Virus record (IMG/VR): IMGVR_UViG_3300033233_000003 | DNA: 50,278 nucleotides | Reading direction: 5' to 3' (one strand) | From: an uncultured virus (IMG/VR IMGVR_UViG_3300033233_000003) | Lineage: Duplodnaviria; Heunggongvirae; Uroviricota; Caudoviricetes | Shown here: positions 27,999 through 37,792 of the stretch, piece by piece | How the letters are laid out: each line of letters starts with the position of its first letter | Numbering within the stretch: the stretch's first letter is position 1 | The notes under the pieces: model-generated | Told to the model about the DNA's origin: nothing | Seen by the model: the letters and a program-made list of their open reading frames with translations, nothing else | Databases searched by the model: none | Program-made: the position numbers and the translations under genes

Positions 27999-28453
27999 CG
28001 GACTCAACCGCGTCATCCTCCTCGGAAACCTCGGTGCTGATCCAGAACTGCGCTGCTTCGGCGAAGGCGGCGACAAGACGCTCCTCCGCATCCGCATCGC
28101 CACGACCGAGAGCTACTTCGACAGACGCTCGAACGAGTGGAAGGACCGAACCGACTGGCACAAGGTGGTCGTGTTCGGAAAGCGTGCGGAGGGTCTGCAG
28201 AAAATCCTCGTTCAAGGGCTCGACCATCCTGGTCGAGGGGCGGCTGGAAACTTCGTCTTACGATAAGAACGGCCAGAAGATGTACAGCACGAGCGTCGTC
28301 GCGAACAACGTGGTCCTCTGCGGCGGTCGACGCGTCGACGGCTCGGCCGCGCGAGGGCGCGATCACACGCATCGCGAAGCTCCACCGACTCCATCGGCCG
28401 ATCAGGCTGACGCGGGGGATCCGATCGATGACGACGGCGACATTCCGTTCTAG
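27991..28453 (+). pseudogene. ssb: single-stranded DNA-binding protein with a +1 frameshift at about 28211
   Basis: GLNRVILLGNLGADPELR...TDWHKVVVFGK in one frame; KGSTILVEGRLET...DDDGDIPF in the next. Removing one T at 28211 restores it. Confidence 0.9.
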
Positions 28454-28456
28454 GAG

Positions 28457-28795
28457 ATGACCAGAGTGCCCAACGTCTTCGTCATCGTCGACCGAGAGGA
28501 CGGTCGCCCCTACGTCAAGAGGGGCTGGCGTCTGCGCGTGCAGGCCGAGGCCGAGCTTGCCGGCCTGCTCCGGTTCTTCCCGGAAGATCACGAGTGGCGG
28601 AGACGCCTCTACGTGGCCGAGGCGAGCCCTTCCATCTTCAGCGACGTGGAGGGCAGAACCTCTCGTCCCATCACCAAGCGAGACGCGCTACGCTCCATCC
28701 AGAACGCGGTCGCCCCTGGCGCCGCTCAGCAGGAAGCTCATCCGGAGGACCAAGAGGCGTCTCCGATCACTCTTCCCTCGGAGAACAAGTCGTGA
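28457..28795 (+). CDS. hypothetical protein
   Basis: 112 aa in operon order. Confidence 0.6.
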   Translation: MTRVPNVFVIVDREDGRPYVKRGWRLRVQAEAELAGLLRFFPEDHEWRRRLYVAEASPSIFSDVEGRTSRPITKRDALRSIQNAVAPGAAQQEAHPEDQEASPITLPSENKS

Positions 28796-29271
28796 AGTTC
28801 GAGACCATCGACGCCTGCATCTGGGGCCTGACCAGCCCGCACGGCGACGTGCCAATCTGCGCAGACGCCGATCGCGAGGTCGTGGTCCCCGCCTGGGCCA
28901 AAGATCTCGTGCGCAAGATCTACAAGGAGGTCCTGCCGAGTCGAAAAATCCCGCAGCTGAAGTTCGTGGAGGCAAAGGACCCGAGATCCTTCGGCGGACT
29001 GTGGCTGCCTGATCAAGACAGCCTGGGAGGGGGGGATGGACGCGGACGCATCGCAGTGTTCGCACATCCGGATCACGACTACGCGAAGGGCGTGCTCATC
29101 CACGAGTGCTGCCACGATCTCTGTCAGGAGTTTCTCGGCGACGACGTGGGCCACCATGACGTAGACTTCCTGCGTCTGGTCGAAGTGCTCTACATCGACT
29201 GCAAGATTCCCGCGCACGTGGCGCGAAAGATCGAGGCGAAGAGTCCGTCCACCAAAAGCTGGAGCTGGTGA
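28792..29271 (+). CDS. SprT-like HExxH zinc metallopeptidase
   Basis: VLIHECCH...GHHDVDF. Confidence 0.65.
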   Translation: MKFETIDACIWGLTSPHGDVPICADADREVVVPAWAKDLVRKIYKEVLPSRKIPQLKFVEAKDPRSFGGLWLPDQDSLGGGDGRGRIAVFAHPDHDYAKGVLIHECCHDLCQEFLGDDVGHHDVDFLRLVEVLYIDCKIPAHVARKIEAKSPSTKSWSW

Positions 29272-29585
29272 TGATCACGCGCGAGCTTCCGCCTACGACA
29301 CACGTCAGGGTTCTCTCGTCCGCCATCGACGCGGGACTCGAACGCGCGTTCGTCGGCGCTACCGGCGTCATCCAGCGAAACCTGCCCACACTCAAGCCAG
29401 CGAAACCACCCTATGACTGGATCGTGGAGACACTGTGCATCGTCGACCTCGATCGTCATCAACGTGCGGAGGACGGAATGATGGTCACACAATTGTGGCT
29501 CGCGCCTCGGGACCTCGAAGCCGTGAATCCGCGAGACCTGGAGCCCAGCGGCGCCGCAGGTGACCGCGTTGGAACGGTGACATGA
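29268..29585 (+). CDS. hypothetical protein
   Basis: Coupled overlap with both neighbours. Confidence 0.6.
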   Translation: MMITRELPPTTHVRVLSSAIDAGLERAFVGATGVIQRNLPTLKPAKPPYDWIVETLCIVDLDRHQRAEDGMMVTQLWLAPRDLEAVNPRDLEPSGAAGDRVGTVT

Positions 29586-29881
29586 TCACGCTCCTCCTCG
29601 CGCTCGCGACGCTCACGACGGCGGCCGGCGTCCACGTGCACGTCGTCGCCGACGACGTGGACTGCGGCCACGGCTTCGGCCGGACCTTCATCATCGACCG
29701 CTTCCGCGGCGGAAAGCCAGCTCGCGCGTGGGACGACGGGCATTGGTATCGACCAGGCGCCATCGTCGGCTCGATCTCGTTGACCGTGTGGCCCGACCCC
29801 ATGCACTGCTGGGAGGGGCCGTCGTGGAGTTGGCAGATCCACGGTCACCTCGCTCCATGGCAAGAGTGGGGGACACCGTGA
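29582..29881 (+). CDS. putative secreted small protein
   Basis: MITLLLALATLTTAAG signal-like N-terminus. Confidence 0.6.
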   Translation: MITLLLALATLTTAAGVHVHVVADDVDCGHGFGRTFIIDRFRGGKPARAWDDGHWYRPGAIVGSISLTVWPDPMHCWEGPSWSWQIHGHLAPWQEWGTP

Positions 29882-30156
29882 GCCCGCTGATCCTTCGATT
29901 GCTCTTGCCGCTCCTCCTCACCTGCGCGGAGGACGACTCCTGGAACATGAACGGCCGACTCTACGCTTGCTGCGAACACCCGCTGTCGCCACGCTGCCTC
30001 CGGGCCCAGGCCCACCTGCGGCTCTGCCCCACCGTCAACGGCCGTGACTACGGGGAGGCCATCGTACGACTGTACCTGGCCTTCCAGCCTTGGCAACCGC
30101 TCGTCGTCCGAGCCTCCGGAATGCCGCGACCGATGTGCGAAAGTACCGAGCCATGA
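29878..30156 (+). CDS. putative secreted Cys-rich small protein
   Basis: GTGA coupling; MSPLILRLLLPLLLTC. Confidence 0.55.
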   Translation: MSPLILRLLLPLLLTCAEDDSWNMNGRLYACCEHPLSPRCLRAQAHLRLCPTVNGRDYGEAIVRLYLAFQPWQPLVVRASGMPRPMCESTEP

Positions 30157-30515
30157 GCGACGACAAGAAGACCGAAGATGCTGTCCCGCACGTCGGCGTC
30201 GAGTTCGACCCGCCGATCCCGGTCGAAGATTTTCTCGACGCGGTCGATGCGGTCATCAGTCCGACGTTCTACGCGGCGAAAGTCGGGGCTCGTTATGCTG
30301 CCGCTTGGGCCAAGCACGATCCTTGTGAGGACTGCGGCCACGGCCGCCTCCTACACAAAAGGCAGAGCTACCAGAGCCAGCCCCATCGAAACTTCGACGA
30401 GGCCATGTCCGAGACGCAGTGCCGACAGAATGCCGGAGGACCCAGCGCATGCCTGTGCCCCGCATGGCGCGGGACGGAAACTCCGATGCCGGAAGCGCCA
30501 GAGTTCAAGCCATGA
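30153..30515 (+). CDS. Cys/His Zn-binding small protein
   Basis: CEDCGH...H...C...CLC. Confidence 0.6.
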   Translation: MSDDKKTEDAVPHVGVEFDPPIPVEDFLDAVDAVISPTFYAAKVGARYAAAWAKHDPCEDCGHGRLLHKRQSYQSQPHRNFDEAMSETQCRQNAGGPSACLCPAWRGTETPMPEAPEFKP

Positions 30516-30658
30516 TCACGTTGCTTACGCTGCTTCTCCAGCTCGAACTCGCCAAGCTACACACGCCTGTCTGCGAACCACCTGCACGCCTGTTCTGCGA
30601 AGGAGTGGGTGCCCTCCGTCGCTGTCGATGCACACCTTCCGCGCGCGGGAACTCCTGA
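30512..30658 (+). CDS. short hypothetical protein
   Basis: ATGA coupling; MITLLTLLL N-terminus like 29582. Confidence 0.4.
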   Translation: MITLLTLLLQLELAKLHTPVCEPPARLFCEGVGALRRCRCTPSARGNS

Positions 30659-30660
30659 CC

Positions 30661-31044
30661 ATGCACAACCTCAGCATGATGCAGGCGCTCTCGATCTGGG
30701 GAGAACTCGTGGAAGCGCGGCTCGGCGAAAACGGCTTCGGCGGCCACACCGCCGAGATCTACATCTATCGTCTGATGCCTTACGTCTCCGCGTGGCCCAA
30801 GGGCAGCAGCCTCGAAGAGGAACACAAAGTCGACGCCTGCCGTCAGGCCAACCGATCGCTCATCGCGCTCATCGAGCGATTCGAGGCGGAGCACGAAAGC
30901 TTCTCCGTCAAAATCGTGCTCGCTCGCCGCGACGACGGAAGCCACGACGAGGAGCCGGCCGCCGCTTGGATCACCCAGATCCTCGTCGACCCGAAAGCCT
31001 ACCTCGACCACCGCGTGCACCTCAAGGTCTGCAAGAGGGCCTGA
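30661..31044 (+). CDS. hypothetical phage protein
   Basis: 3' part of 30178..31044, MHNLSMMQALSIW. Confidence 0.65.
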   Translation: MHNLSMMQALSIWGELVEARLGENGFGGHTAEIYIYRLMPYVSAWPKGSSLEEEHKVDACRQANRSLIALIERFEAEHESFSVKIVLARRDDGSHDEEPAAAWITQILVDPKAYLDHRVHLKVCKRA

Positions 31045-31046
31045 CA

Positions 31047-31559
31047 ATGAGAACGACCTCCTCCCTCGTGCGCGTCCCAAAAAAGTCCAAGGCAAACGGC
31101 AAGGCTCCTCCCGAGCCGAAGAGGGAGAAGCTCGACCAGTCCTCCTGGCCCAAGGTCAGCAAAAAGATCGAGCGATTGCTCGCGCTCGCGGTCGGCGCCT
31201 CGACCGAGGAGGAGGCACGCACGGCCGCCGTCGCGCTCGCGCGCACCATCGATCGCCACGGCCTCAAGGTCGTCTGCCAGGAGTCACCCGAACCTGTAGC
31301 GCCCGAGGACGCGCTCATGGCGCCGGCGCGACCCGGCGAGACGTGGGCCTCGCGCGCCGGGTTCGGGGAGATGGTCGGCTTCGCCATCATGTGGCAGGAC
31401 CGCCTCGATCCATTCCACTTCGGACTTCTGACCCTGCCGAACGGCCGCCCCATCGTCTTCATGAACCCCCACGACGGCTTCCGCGAGATCGCGCGCATGC
31501 AGACTTTCCTGCGAAACCAGGACCACGGCTACGGCGTCATCCCCGTCCACAGGTTCTAG
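31047..31559 (+). CDS. DUF2786-domain protein
   Basis: KKIERLLALA...EEEARTAA...RHGL. Confidence 0.7.
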   Translation: MRTTSSLVRVPKKSKANGKAPPEPKREKLDQSSWPKVSKKIERLLALAVGASTEEEARTAAVALARTIDRHGLKVVCQESPEPVAPEDALMAPARPGETWASRAGFGEMVGFAIMWQDRLDPFHFGLLTLPNGRPIVFMNPHDGFREIARMQTFLRNQDHGYGVIPVHRF

Positions 31560-31599
31560 GGGTTCCAAGCATCAGGTCACGCGAAAGGACAAAAGAATC

Positions 31600-31630
31600 T
31601 TGCCACGGAGTCCAACGAGAGTGTATACAC
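31600..31630 (+). promoter_or_regulatory. putative sigma70-type promoter upstream of parB
   Basis: TTGCCA-18 bp-TATACA; the -10 lies inside the palindrome GTGTATACAC. Confidence 0.35.
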
Positions 31631-31679
31631 ATGAACCAACCCGGGGATCTCGCAACATCTGCGAGGGGAGTCGACGACG

Positions 31680-32615
31680 ATGGGCGCTGCGGCCGATGCG
31701 GTGAAACGAATCGGCGAGAAGGCCGAGAAGACTTCAGAGAAGTCCAACGGAAAGGGCGCCGAAGCCACGACTTTCCTGCCCGTCGGCAAGGGCAGGATCG
31801 AGATCATCAAGCTCGACGACATCGAGGTCGACGCGAAGTTCAACGCGCGGGGCCCGATCGACGTGCGTGAAAAGGACTTCCTGTTGTTCGTGAGCGACAT
31901 CAAGGAGCGGGGACTCCTGGAGAACCTCGAAGTCCGCACGCTGGAGAAGCCGACCAAATCCGGCAAACGATACAGTCTGGTGGCAGGATTCGTGCGGCAT
32001 TGCGCGTGCAAGCTCGCGGGCCTCACCGAGGTTCACTGCCTCGTCAAGGACATCAGCGAGTGCGACGCGATGCTCGACAACCTCGCCGAGAACGAGCATC
32101 GATGGAAGCTCCGCGCCTACGAGCTTGCCTGTCGCTGTGCGCTGCTCAAGAAGGATTACGACCTGACGGGCGATCAGATCGGACACAAGCTCCACAAGAG
32201 CAAGGGTCACGTCAACAACTTGATCCGCTGCATCGAGAGGCTGCCCGCGCCGATCCTCGACGCGTTCAAGCGCCACGACGACGCGGCGAGCACGATGGAC
32301 TACATCAGGCTCTCCTCGCTCGACTCCAAGGAAGAGATGATGACGGCCTGGCGACAGATGTTCGGCAAGTCCGCCGGCGAACCGGGCGTCCCCTTGGAGA
32401 AGTCCGCGCGCGGCGACAAGCCACTTCGCGTCAAGTCCCGCGACAAGATCCGGATCCTGATCCACGACCTGCGCCGCGCCGACGACATCTTCCTGGAGAG
32501 CGACTGGGCGAGCCTCACCGACAGAGATCGCGAGGTCGCTCGCCAAGTCTGCCGATGGATCATCGGCGAGGTACAGCGCTACCCCGTGAAGCTCCCGCCG
32601 GAGGACGCCGGATGA
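31680..32615 (+). CDS. parB: ParB/Spo0J-family protein with HTH
   Basis: FNAR...IKERGLLENLEV...YSLVAGFVRH...NLAENEHR...LTGDQIGHKLHKSKGHVNNL. Confidence 0.85.
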   Translation: MGAAADAVKRIGEKAEKTSEKSNGKGAEATTFLPVGKGRIEIIKLDDIEVDAKFNARGPIDVREKDFLLFVSDIKERGLLENLEVRTLEKPTKSGKRYSLVAGFVRHCACKLAGLTEVHCLVKDISECDAMLDNLAENEHRWKLRAYELACRCALLKKDYDLTGDQIGHKLHKSKGHVNNLIRCIERLPAPILDAFKRHDDAASTMDYIRLSSLDSKEEMMTAWRQMFGKSAGEPGVPLEKSARGDKPLRVKSRDKIRILIHDLRRADDIFLESDWASLTDRDREVARQVCRWIIGEVQRYPVKLPPEDAG

Positions 32616-32890
32616 TGCCCGGCGCCAAGAGTGAGATGAGAAGGACGGAGAGCCTTCCTTCTGCCCCCGATCTGAAGATGCTGCTCATCGCGCTTCGGAC
32701 CATGGAAGAGAGGCCTCAATTCTTCACCGCCACGATTCGGCACAGCATCATGCTCGCCGAGGCGTCGCTGAAGAGCTTCACCGCGCTCGAAGCCCGTGTC
32801 GCCGCGCTGGAAGCTCAGCATCCGGCAGGACCATGGTCAGCAGAGAGCCTGGCATCAGATCACGCATGTCAGGGAAGGGCAAAAAGATGA
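32612..32890 (+). CDS. hypothetical protein
   Basis: ATGA coupling; GGAGG RBS. Confidence 0.55.
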   Translation: MMPGAKSEMRRTESLPSAPDLKMLLIALRTMEERPQFFTATIRHSIMLAEASLKSFTALEARVAALEAQHPAGPWSAESLASDHACQGRAKR

Positions 32891-33210
32891 AGATCGAGAT
32901 CGACGACGGGGGACTGGTGATCGAAGACGGCGACCGCGAAGTGTGCCTGACGGTGCATCAGAAGGTGGACGACAGCGGCGCACTCATCAGCGCGCAGAAG
33001 GCGGTGCGCGGCAACGACGTGATCGATCTGGCCGCGTGGCTGATGACCTTCGCCCAGCTCGACGAACCGGAAGACCAGGACGTCTGGGAGCGATTCCACC
33101 AGGCGTGCAAGGACGCGATGACGCAGATCGCCCGCGAGAGCCGGCGGAAGAACCACAACCCCGAAACGGTGACCGTGCCGACCGGCAGCGGCGCAGAAGG
33201 AGACGCGTGA
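32887..33210 (+). CDS. hypothetical protein
   Basis: ATGA coupling; MKIEIDDGG. Confidence 0.65.
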   Translation: MKIEIDDGGLVIEDGDREVCLTVHQKVDDSGALISAQKAVRGNDVIDLAAWLMTFAQLDEPEDQDVWERFHQACKDAMTQIARESRRKNHNPETVTVPTGSGAEGDA

Positions 33211-33812
33211 TGTCCGAAAACGATTCCGAAGAGAAGCAGGCGTTCGACCGAGTCTACGGACAGATCATCAGCGGCGTCATCGCCGGCAATCCAGGCGGTG
33301 CGATCAGCAAGCCGGCGAACCAGTTCACGGATCTCGCGGCGACCATCGCGCTCGCAGCCGTGAAGTCCCGTGCCGCGGCCTTGGAGCAGCTGCCGAAGGC
33401 CAGCATCGCGCCGGTCGTCACCCAGGGCATCACGCTCGCTGGCGGCGGCGGCTACGCCGGCCCCGCTGCAGGAGCTGCAGGCACTGCCTTCATGCCGGCG
33501 ACGCCCGTCGGCATCTCCGTCGCCGGACCGCAGACCATCGGATCGCCAGGAGGAGCCGGAGTGCCAGTGGGAGCTGCTGCCGGCGGCTCCAACGCGACTC
33601 CGGCGGATCGCACCGCGAGGCTCGGCATCTCACAGGAGATCTGCCCCGTGTGCAAGGGCCCACGCAACGAGGCGAGCAAGACACAGGACGCGCAGTGCCC
33701 GATCTTCCACTTCCAGCCGCACGGCAACCTCGCGGCGCCGTCTGCAGCGCCGGCCGTGTCCACGAGCGGCCCGATCGCCACAAGTCCGACGGCGCCGATC
33801 TCGACCGGCTGA
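33210..33812 (+). CDS. Ala/Gly/Pro-rich protein with a CxxC...C...H finger
   Basis: AAGGAG RBS; TGATG coupling. Confidence 0.7.
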   Translation: MSENDSEEKQAFDRVYGQIISGVIAGNPGGAISKPANQFTDLAATIALAAVKSRAAALEQLPKASIAPVVTQGITLAGGGGYAGPAAGAAGTAFMPATPVGISVAGPQTIGSPGGAGVPVGAAAGGSNATPADRTARLGISQEICPVCKGPRNEASKTQDAQCPIFHFQPHGNLAAPSAAPAVSTSGPIATSPTAPISTG

Positions 33813-33818
33813 GGCGCC

Positions 33819-34601
33819 GTGAAACCTCTTCGGCACGAGTTCACCGCGACGGGCAAGACCGAGCGGTGCGGTCGCTGCGGCGTCGAGCGCAGCCGCAGCA
33901 AGGGCCTGCCGGAGTACCGCCTGCCAAGCGGTGCCGAAGGCGACCGCGTTCTGAAAAAGGGCACGTGGTCCTACCAGGATCCGGGCTGCCGCGACCCGCG
34001 GCAGTCCGACCTCTTCGCATCCGACCTCTCGCTGCCGGAGGGGTTCGCGCCCGTCGAGAAGACGCCGCCCGCGGAAGCGATCGTGGCGACGATCGAGCTG
34101 ACGCCGAACGAGAAGCTCGCGAAGATCTTCGCCAAGTCACATGTGAACATGGAGGAAGACGATCAACCAGTAGCGATCGACGAAATGCTCTCCATCTTCA
34201 CGGGCTCGAAGATCGTCCGCGAGGGTGACCCGGAATTCATGCACGCGGAGAGTCAACACCATGCGTCCATCGAACATGGACATCCGCATCCCCATGCGAT
34301 CATCTCGCTCGCGCTCGACCCCGAGGGAAGGCACCTCGGCATCTACGAACGCTGGCACGTCTTTGCCCTCTCTCCGAGACCGCTGGCGAAGGGCCTGGAG
34401 CAGATCGTAGAGGGCACGCTCGGCGACGCGCTGCAGAAGACCGAGTGGATGAAGAAGGCGCTCGTCTTTCGACCGGAAGCCATCCTCGTCGTGGACGGGC
34501 CGCGCAAACGCATCGAGCTGAGACAGCATTCGGCGAGCAAGAAGACGAAAGCCTTCTGGTCGATCGCGGAGACGGTCAAGATGGAGGTGGACGCGACATG
34601 A
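33819..34601 (+). CDS. hypothetical protein
   Basis: 260 aa; N-terminal H...CGRC. Confidence 0.7.
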   Translation: MKPLRHEFTATGKTERCGRCGVERSRSKGLPEYRLPSGAEGDRVLKKGTWSYQDPGCRDPRQSDLFASDLSLPEGFAPVEKTPPAEAIVATIELTPNEKLAKIFAKSHVNMEEDDQPVAIDEMLSIFTGSKIVREGDPEFMHAESQHHASIEHGHPHPHAIISLALDPEGRHLGIYERWHVFALSPRPLAKGLEQIVEGTLGDALQKTEWMKKALVFRPEAILVVDGPRKRIELRQHSASKKTKAFWSIAETVKMEVDAT

Positions 34602-35011
34602 GGCAAAACGACCACCTCACCGCGCTCCAGGGTTCGATCCTGAAGCGGTTGCCGGATCCACTGCGCGCCGTCCGACCGCAGTCGATCCGCGCGCTCCTCG
34701 CAAGGAAGCTGATGAACGGCGAGTGGGGAGGCAACTTCGTGCGCACGTCACTCGGCGACGCAGCACTCGACGCCCACGAGAAGATCGGCCGCGGCAAGCG
34801 AGGATTCGCCGCGATGAGCCGGGAGAAGCAGCGGCAGATCGCGTCTGCCGGCGGCAAGGCTGCGCATCGAAAGGGCGTCGCGCACGCGTTCCAGAAAGGC
34901 GACGCCTTCGCGATCGAGTGCGGCAAGCGCGGAGGCCTCGCCGCGCAGGAGAAGATCAAGCGACAGCTGCGCCTGCCCTTGCCGCAAAACCAGGCGGAGG
35001 TGTCATCGTGA
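34598..35011 (+). CDS. KGG-repeat (general stress/Con-10-like) protein
   Basis: RGFAAMSREKQRQIASAGGKAAH...AHAF...GKRGG. Confidence 0.8.
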   Translation: MRQNDHLTALQGSILKRLPDPLRAVRPQSIRALLARKLMNGEWGGNFVRTSLGDAALDAHEKIGRGKRGFAAMSREKQRQIASAGGKAAHRKGVAHAFQKGDAFAIECGKRGGLAAQEKIKRQLRLPLPQNQAEVSS

Positions 35012-35331
35012 AGACGGTCACGATGACCTCGAAGTGGATCACCTCAAAGATCGACGGCAAGGCTCATTGCCCAGACTGCGGTGGCACGTTGGACGAACAC
35101 ATGGCGGTCATCCTCTGCAAGAACCTCTGCAAAAGCGAACTCGATCTGCTGACAGCCACGAACCTCTTCGATCAGGTCGAGCGCGTCTCGAAGGCGAGTG
35201 CCGTCCTCGAAGCGCTGAAGAGGCTCTGTGCCGTTCGACGAGATCCGGAGAGCACCGATCCGATCAACCTGAAAGACTTCGATCACGTGCTCGACCTCAC
35301 CGAGATCTATTCCAGTGAGACGATGTCGTGA
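35008..35331 (+). CDS. Zn-ribbon hypothetical protein
   Basis: CPDCGG...CKNLC. Confidence 0.6.
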   Translation: MKTVTMTSKWITSKIDGKAHCPDCGGTLDEHMAVILCKNLCKSELDLLTATNLFDQVERVSKASAVLEALKRLCAVRRDPESTDPINLKDFDHVLDLTEIYSSETMS

Positions 35332-35552
35332 CGCGCGAGAAGAAGGAGGTTGAGCAGTACGTGCTCGAAGACGTCCGCATCGTCCGCGAGACCGACAAGG
35401 CGCTGCTCGTCGCCATCACCGATCACGATGAGGAGTGGATCCCGAAGAGCCAGATCGACGAGCACAGGTCGACTGCGCACGAGCCTGGTGACCGCGGCAA
35501 CCTCGTCATCTCCATGTGGCTGGCCAAGAAGAACGAATGGACACAATCATGA
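35328..35552 (+). CDS. small phage protein
   Basis: RETDKALLV...WIPKSQI...WLA. Confidence 0.75.
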   Translation: MTREKKEVEQYVLEDVRIVRETDKALLVAITDHDEEWIPKSQIDEHRSTAHEPGDRGNLVISMWLAKKNEWTQS

Positions 35553-35776
35553 GTAGCGCGTTCGGGAAGTTCGGAAGCGTCGGCGAGTTCTACCTCCGCG
35601 TCCATGACGAAGACAGAAGGGTGAGCCTCAGCCTCACGATCCGAGACAGCCACATCTGCGTCGATCTCGACCCGCAGCTGGCTCGCGAGGTCGCGTTGTC
35701 GCTGCTCGACGCCGCGAAACGCGTCGAAGATCGATCGAGCCTCACCGTCATCCGCGGCGGAAGGAGACAATTTTGA
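35549..35776 (+). CDS. hypothetical protein
   Basis: ATGA coupling. Confidence 0.6.
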   Translation: MSSAFGKFGSVGEFYLRVHDEDRRVSLSLTIRDSHICVDLDPQLAREVALSLLDAAKRVEDRSSLTVIRGGRRQF

Positions 35777-36972
35777 AAGCCCCTGTCGTCATCTCGATGA
35801 TCATCCGCGACGAGGAGGCAGTGCTGCGTCGCTGTCTCGACTCGATCAGTCCACACGTCGATCAGATCTCCATCGTCGACACGGGCTCGACGGACGACAG
35901 CTTCAAGATCGCGAAGAGCTACACCGAGCACGTGACGAAATTCCACGGAGCCAATGCTGACGGTCGAGCCGACGGCGTGCTCCTCTCCTTCGCGGACGCA
36001 CGCAACCACGCCCTCGAAGCCACAGAGCGCTGGACGAAATTCGCTGGAGTCGAGGCGTCCTTCATGATGTGGCTCGACGCCTCAGACGTGGTGGTCGGCG
36101 GCGATCAGCTCGCCGCTGCGATCGAGCACTCGAAGCTCCCCGAGATCGCGAGAGGCGGCGGCGCGTGCCACCTCTGCCTCGACACGCAGATGCTCGGGCT
36201 CAGAGGTCAAGTCGTCCAGCGCTTCAGCCGCGAGCGTGTTTTTGCCCGCGGCAAATACCGATGGCGGGGGCGCATCCACGAAGTGCTACACGCCGACGGT
36301 CCTAGCCACGAGGCTTTCTCGCCGCTCGTGGTCATCCAGAGGCCATTCCGCCAGGGGCCGCGTCGAGATCCCGATCGGAACCTCCGTATCCTCAAGAAGC
36401 TCGTCGAGGGCGGCGAGGAGCCGACCGCGCGCAACGTCTTCCATCTCGGCAGAGAGTTCGCCGATCGAGGCGAGTACGCGGCGGCCAGGAAGTGGCTGCT
36501 GCTCTACACGCAGATCTCACAGTTCGAGGACGAGTTGGCCTGCGCGCTGCTCCTCTTGAGCGAGTTGGCGGCCGCGCGTCTCGACCTCGACGAGGCGCTG
36601 CAGCATGCCCTGCACGCCTCCATCGTCAAAGAGCAGTGGAGAGAGCCGCTGATCGCCGCCGGCAAAATCCTCTACCTCAAGGCGAGCCGCGGCGAAGAGT
36701 TCCGGCGCAACCGAGAGCGCGCCATGACGATCCTCGTGCGCTCAATCGAGATGAGACCTCCACCGCCGACGAAGATGATCACAACGCTACATCTGGAGAT
36801 CGAGGCGTACAGGCTGCTCGGCTGCTGCCACATGGACCTCGGTGAGACCAACGAGGCTCGCCATTGCTTCGAGGACGCGCTCAAGATCGACCCGGGGGAC
36901 GAGGCGTGCAAGAACCTGCTGGAGCGCGTCAGCCGAAAGCCGAGCCAGAGCCCGAGTCCGGGTCCAAGATGA
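35773..36972 (+). CDS. GT2-family glycosyltransferase with TPR repeats
   Basis: MIIRDEE..LRRCLDS...VDTGSTD...FADARN...WLDASD...WRGRIHE, followed by TPR-like helices. Confidence 0.9.
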   Translation: MKAPVVISMIIRDEEAVLRRCLDSISPHVDQISIVDTGSTDDSFKIAKSYTEHVTKFHGANADGRADGVLLSFADARNHALEATERWTKFAGVEASFMMWLDASDVVVGGDQLAAAIEHSKLPEIARGGGACHLCLDTQMLGLRGQVVQRFSRERVFARGKYRWRGRIHEVLHADGPSHEAFSPLVVIQRPFRQGPRRDPDRNLRILKKLVEGGEEPTARNVFHLGREFADRGEYAAARKWLLLYTQISQFEDELACALLLLSELAAARLDLDEALQHALHASIVKEQWREPLIAAGKILYLKASRGEEFRRNRERAMTILVRSIEMRPPPPTKMITTLHLEIEAYRLLGCCHMDLGETNEARHCFEDALKIDPGDEACKNLLERVSRKPSQSPSPGPR

Positions 36973-37247
36973 AGATGAAGTGCCGCGCCGTCGACCGTCC
37001 GCGGAAACCGGCCGAGAACGGCGCGGAGTTCCTCGTAGCCATGGTGCGATCCTTCAAGGCGCCGCTCTGCGAGGAGAACGCCATCGCCGAGACGGTGCTG
37101 GGCCCGCGCTGCACGCGTCACCTCGAAGAGTTCAAGGCGGCCATGTCCGATCCCAACACGGCCGTCAACGTCCTGGCCGCAAAGGGCAAAGAGCCACGCG
37201 GCAGAACGCCCCAAGAGATCGACACGATGATCAGGTATCTGCAATGA
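36969..37247 (+). CDS. hypothetical protein
   Basis: ATGA coupling. Confidence 0.6.
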   Translation: MKMKCRAVDRPRKPAENGAEFLVAMVRSFKAPLCEENAIAETVLGPRCTRHLEEFKAAMSDPNTAVNVLAAKGKEPRGRTPQEIDTMIRYLQ

Positions 37248-37792
37248 AGACAGCGGAAGCCGTCCACATCGCCAGTATCCGCGACGCGCGAAGACGCGTC
37301 GATGTCGCTCGCGAGCAGCTGCAGAAGATCGCGACGGAGTCCGTCGCCGCGATCGTAACCGAAGGTCCGGCCCACCTCGTGAGCGACGAGATCGGCCGCG
37401 TGCTCAAACCGGGCGGTCACCTCGTCTGCCGCGCGTCCCTCCTGGAAGCCGAGATGCTGCTGTCCACCGGCATCCTCGAATTTCGCGCCGGCCTCATCCG
37501 CATCGAAAAGGAACCCATCCAAACCCATCGAGACCTCGTCATCTACGCCGACAAGTTCTCGCTCTTCCGGAAGATCTTCGACGGCACCGTCGCGAACTGC
37601 CTCCGCAGGCACGGGACCGGCGCGCTGCGCCGTGAGTCCAAGGAGCGTCCCTTCTTCGACGTGCACCCCTGCAGCCTGAAGGCCTTCCTCGACAGGATCC
37701 GCGTGGCGGTCCTGCCGCTGGGAGGCAGCGAAGGTCACGATCCGTTCGTGCTCGACCCGTTCCATTCCTACTCGAAAAGAGCAAAAAGATGA
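37244..37792 (+). CDS. degenerate beta-class DNA methyltransferase-like protein
   Basis: SVAAIVTEGP, RVLKPGGHL, GTVAN...GTGALR, HP, VLDPF; DPPY and FxGxG are absent. Confidence 0.6.
   Translation: MKTAEAVHIASIRDARRRVDVAREQLQKIATESVAAIVTEGPAHLVSDEIGRVLKPGGHLVCRASLLEAEMLLSTGILEFRAGLIRIEKEPIQTHRDLVIYADKFSLFRKIFDGTVANCLRRHGTGALRRESKERPFFDVHPCSLKAFLDRIRVAVLPLGGSEGHDPFVLDPFHSYSKRAKR

Noticed and set aside
28205..28220. Programmed frameshift in ssb
   Set aside because: No slippery heptamer; a single-base error is simpler.
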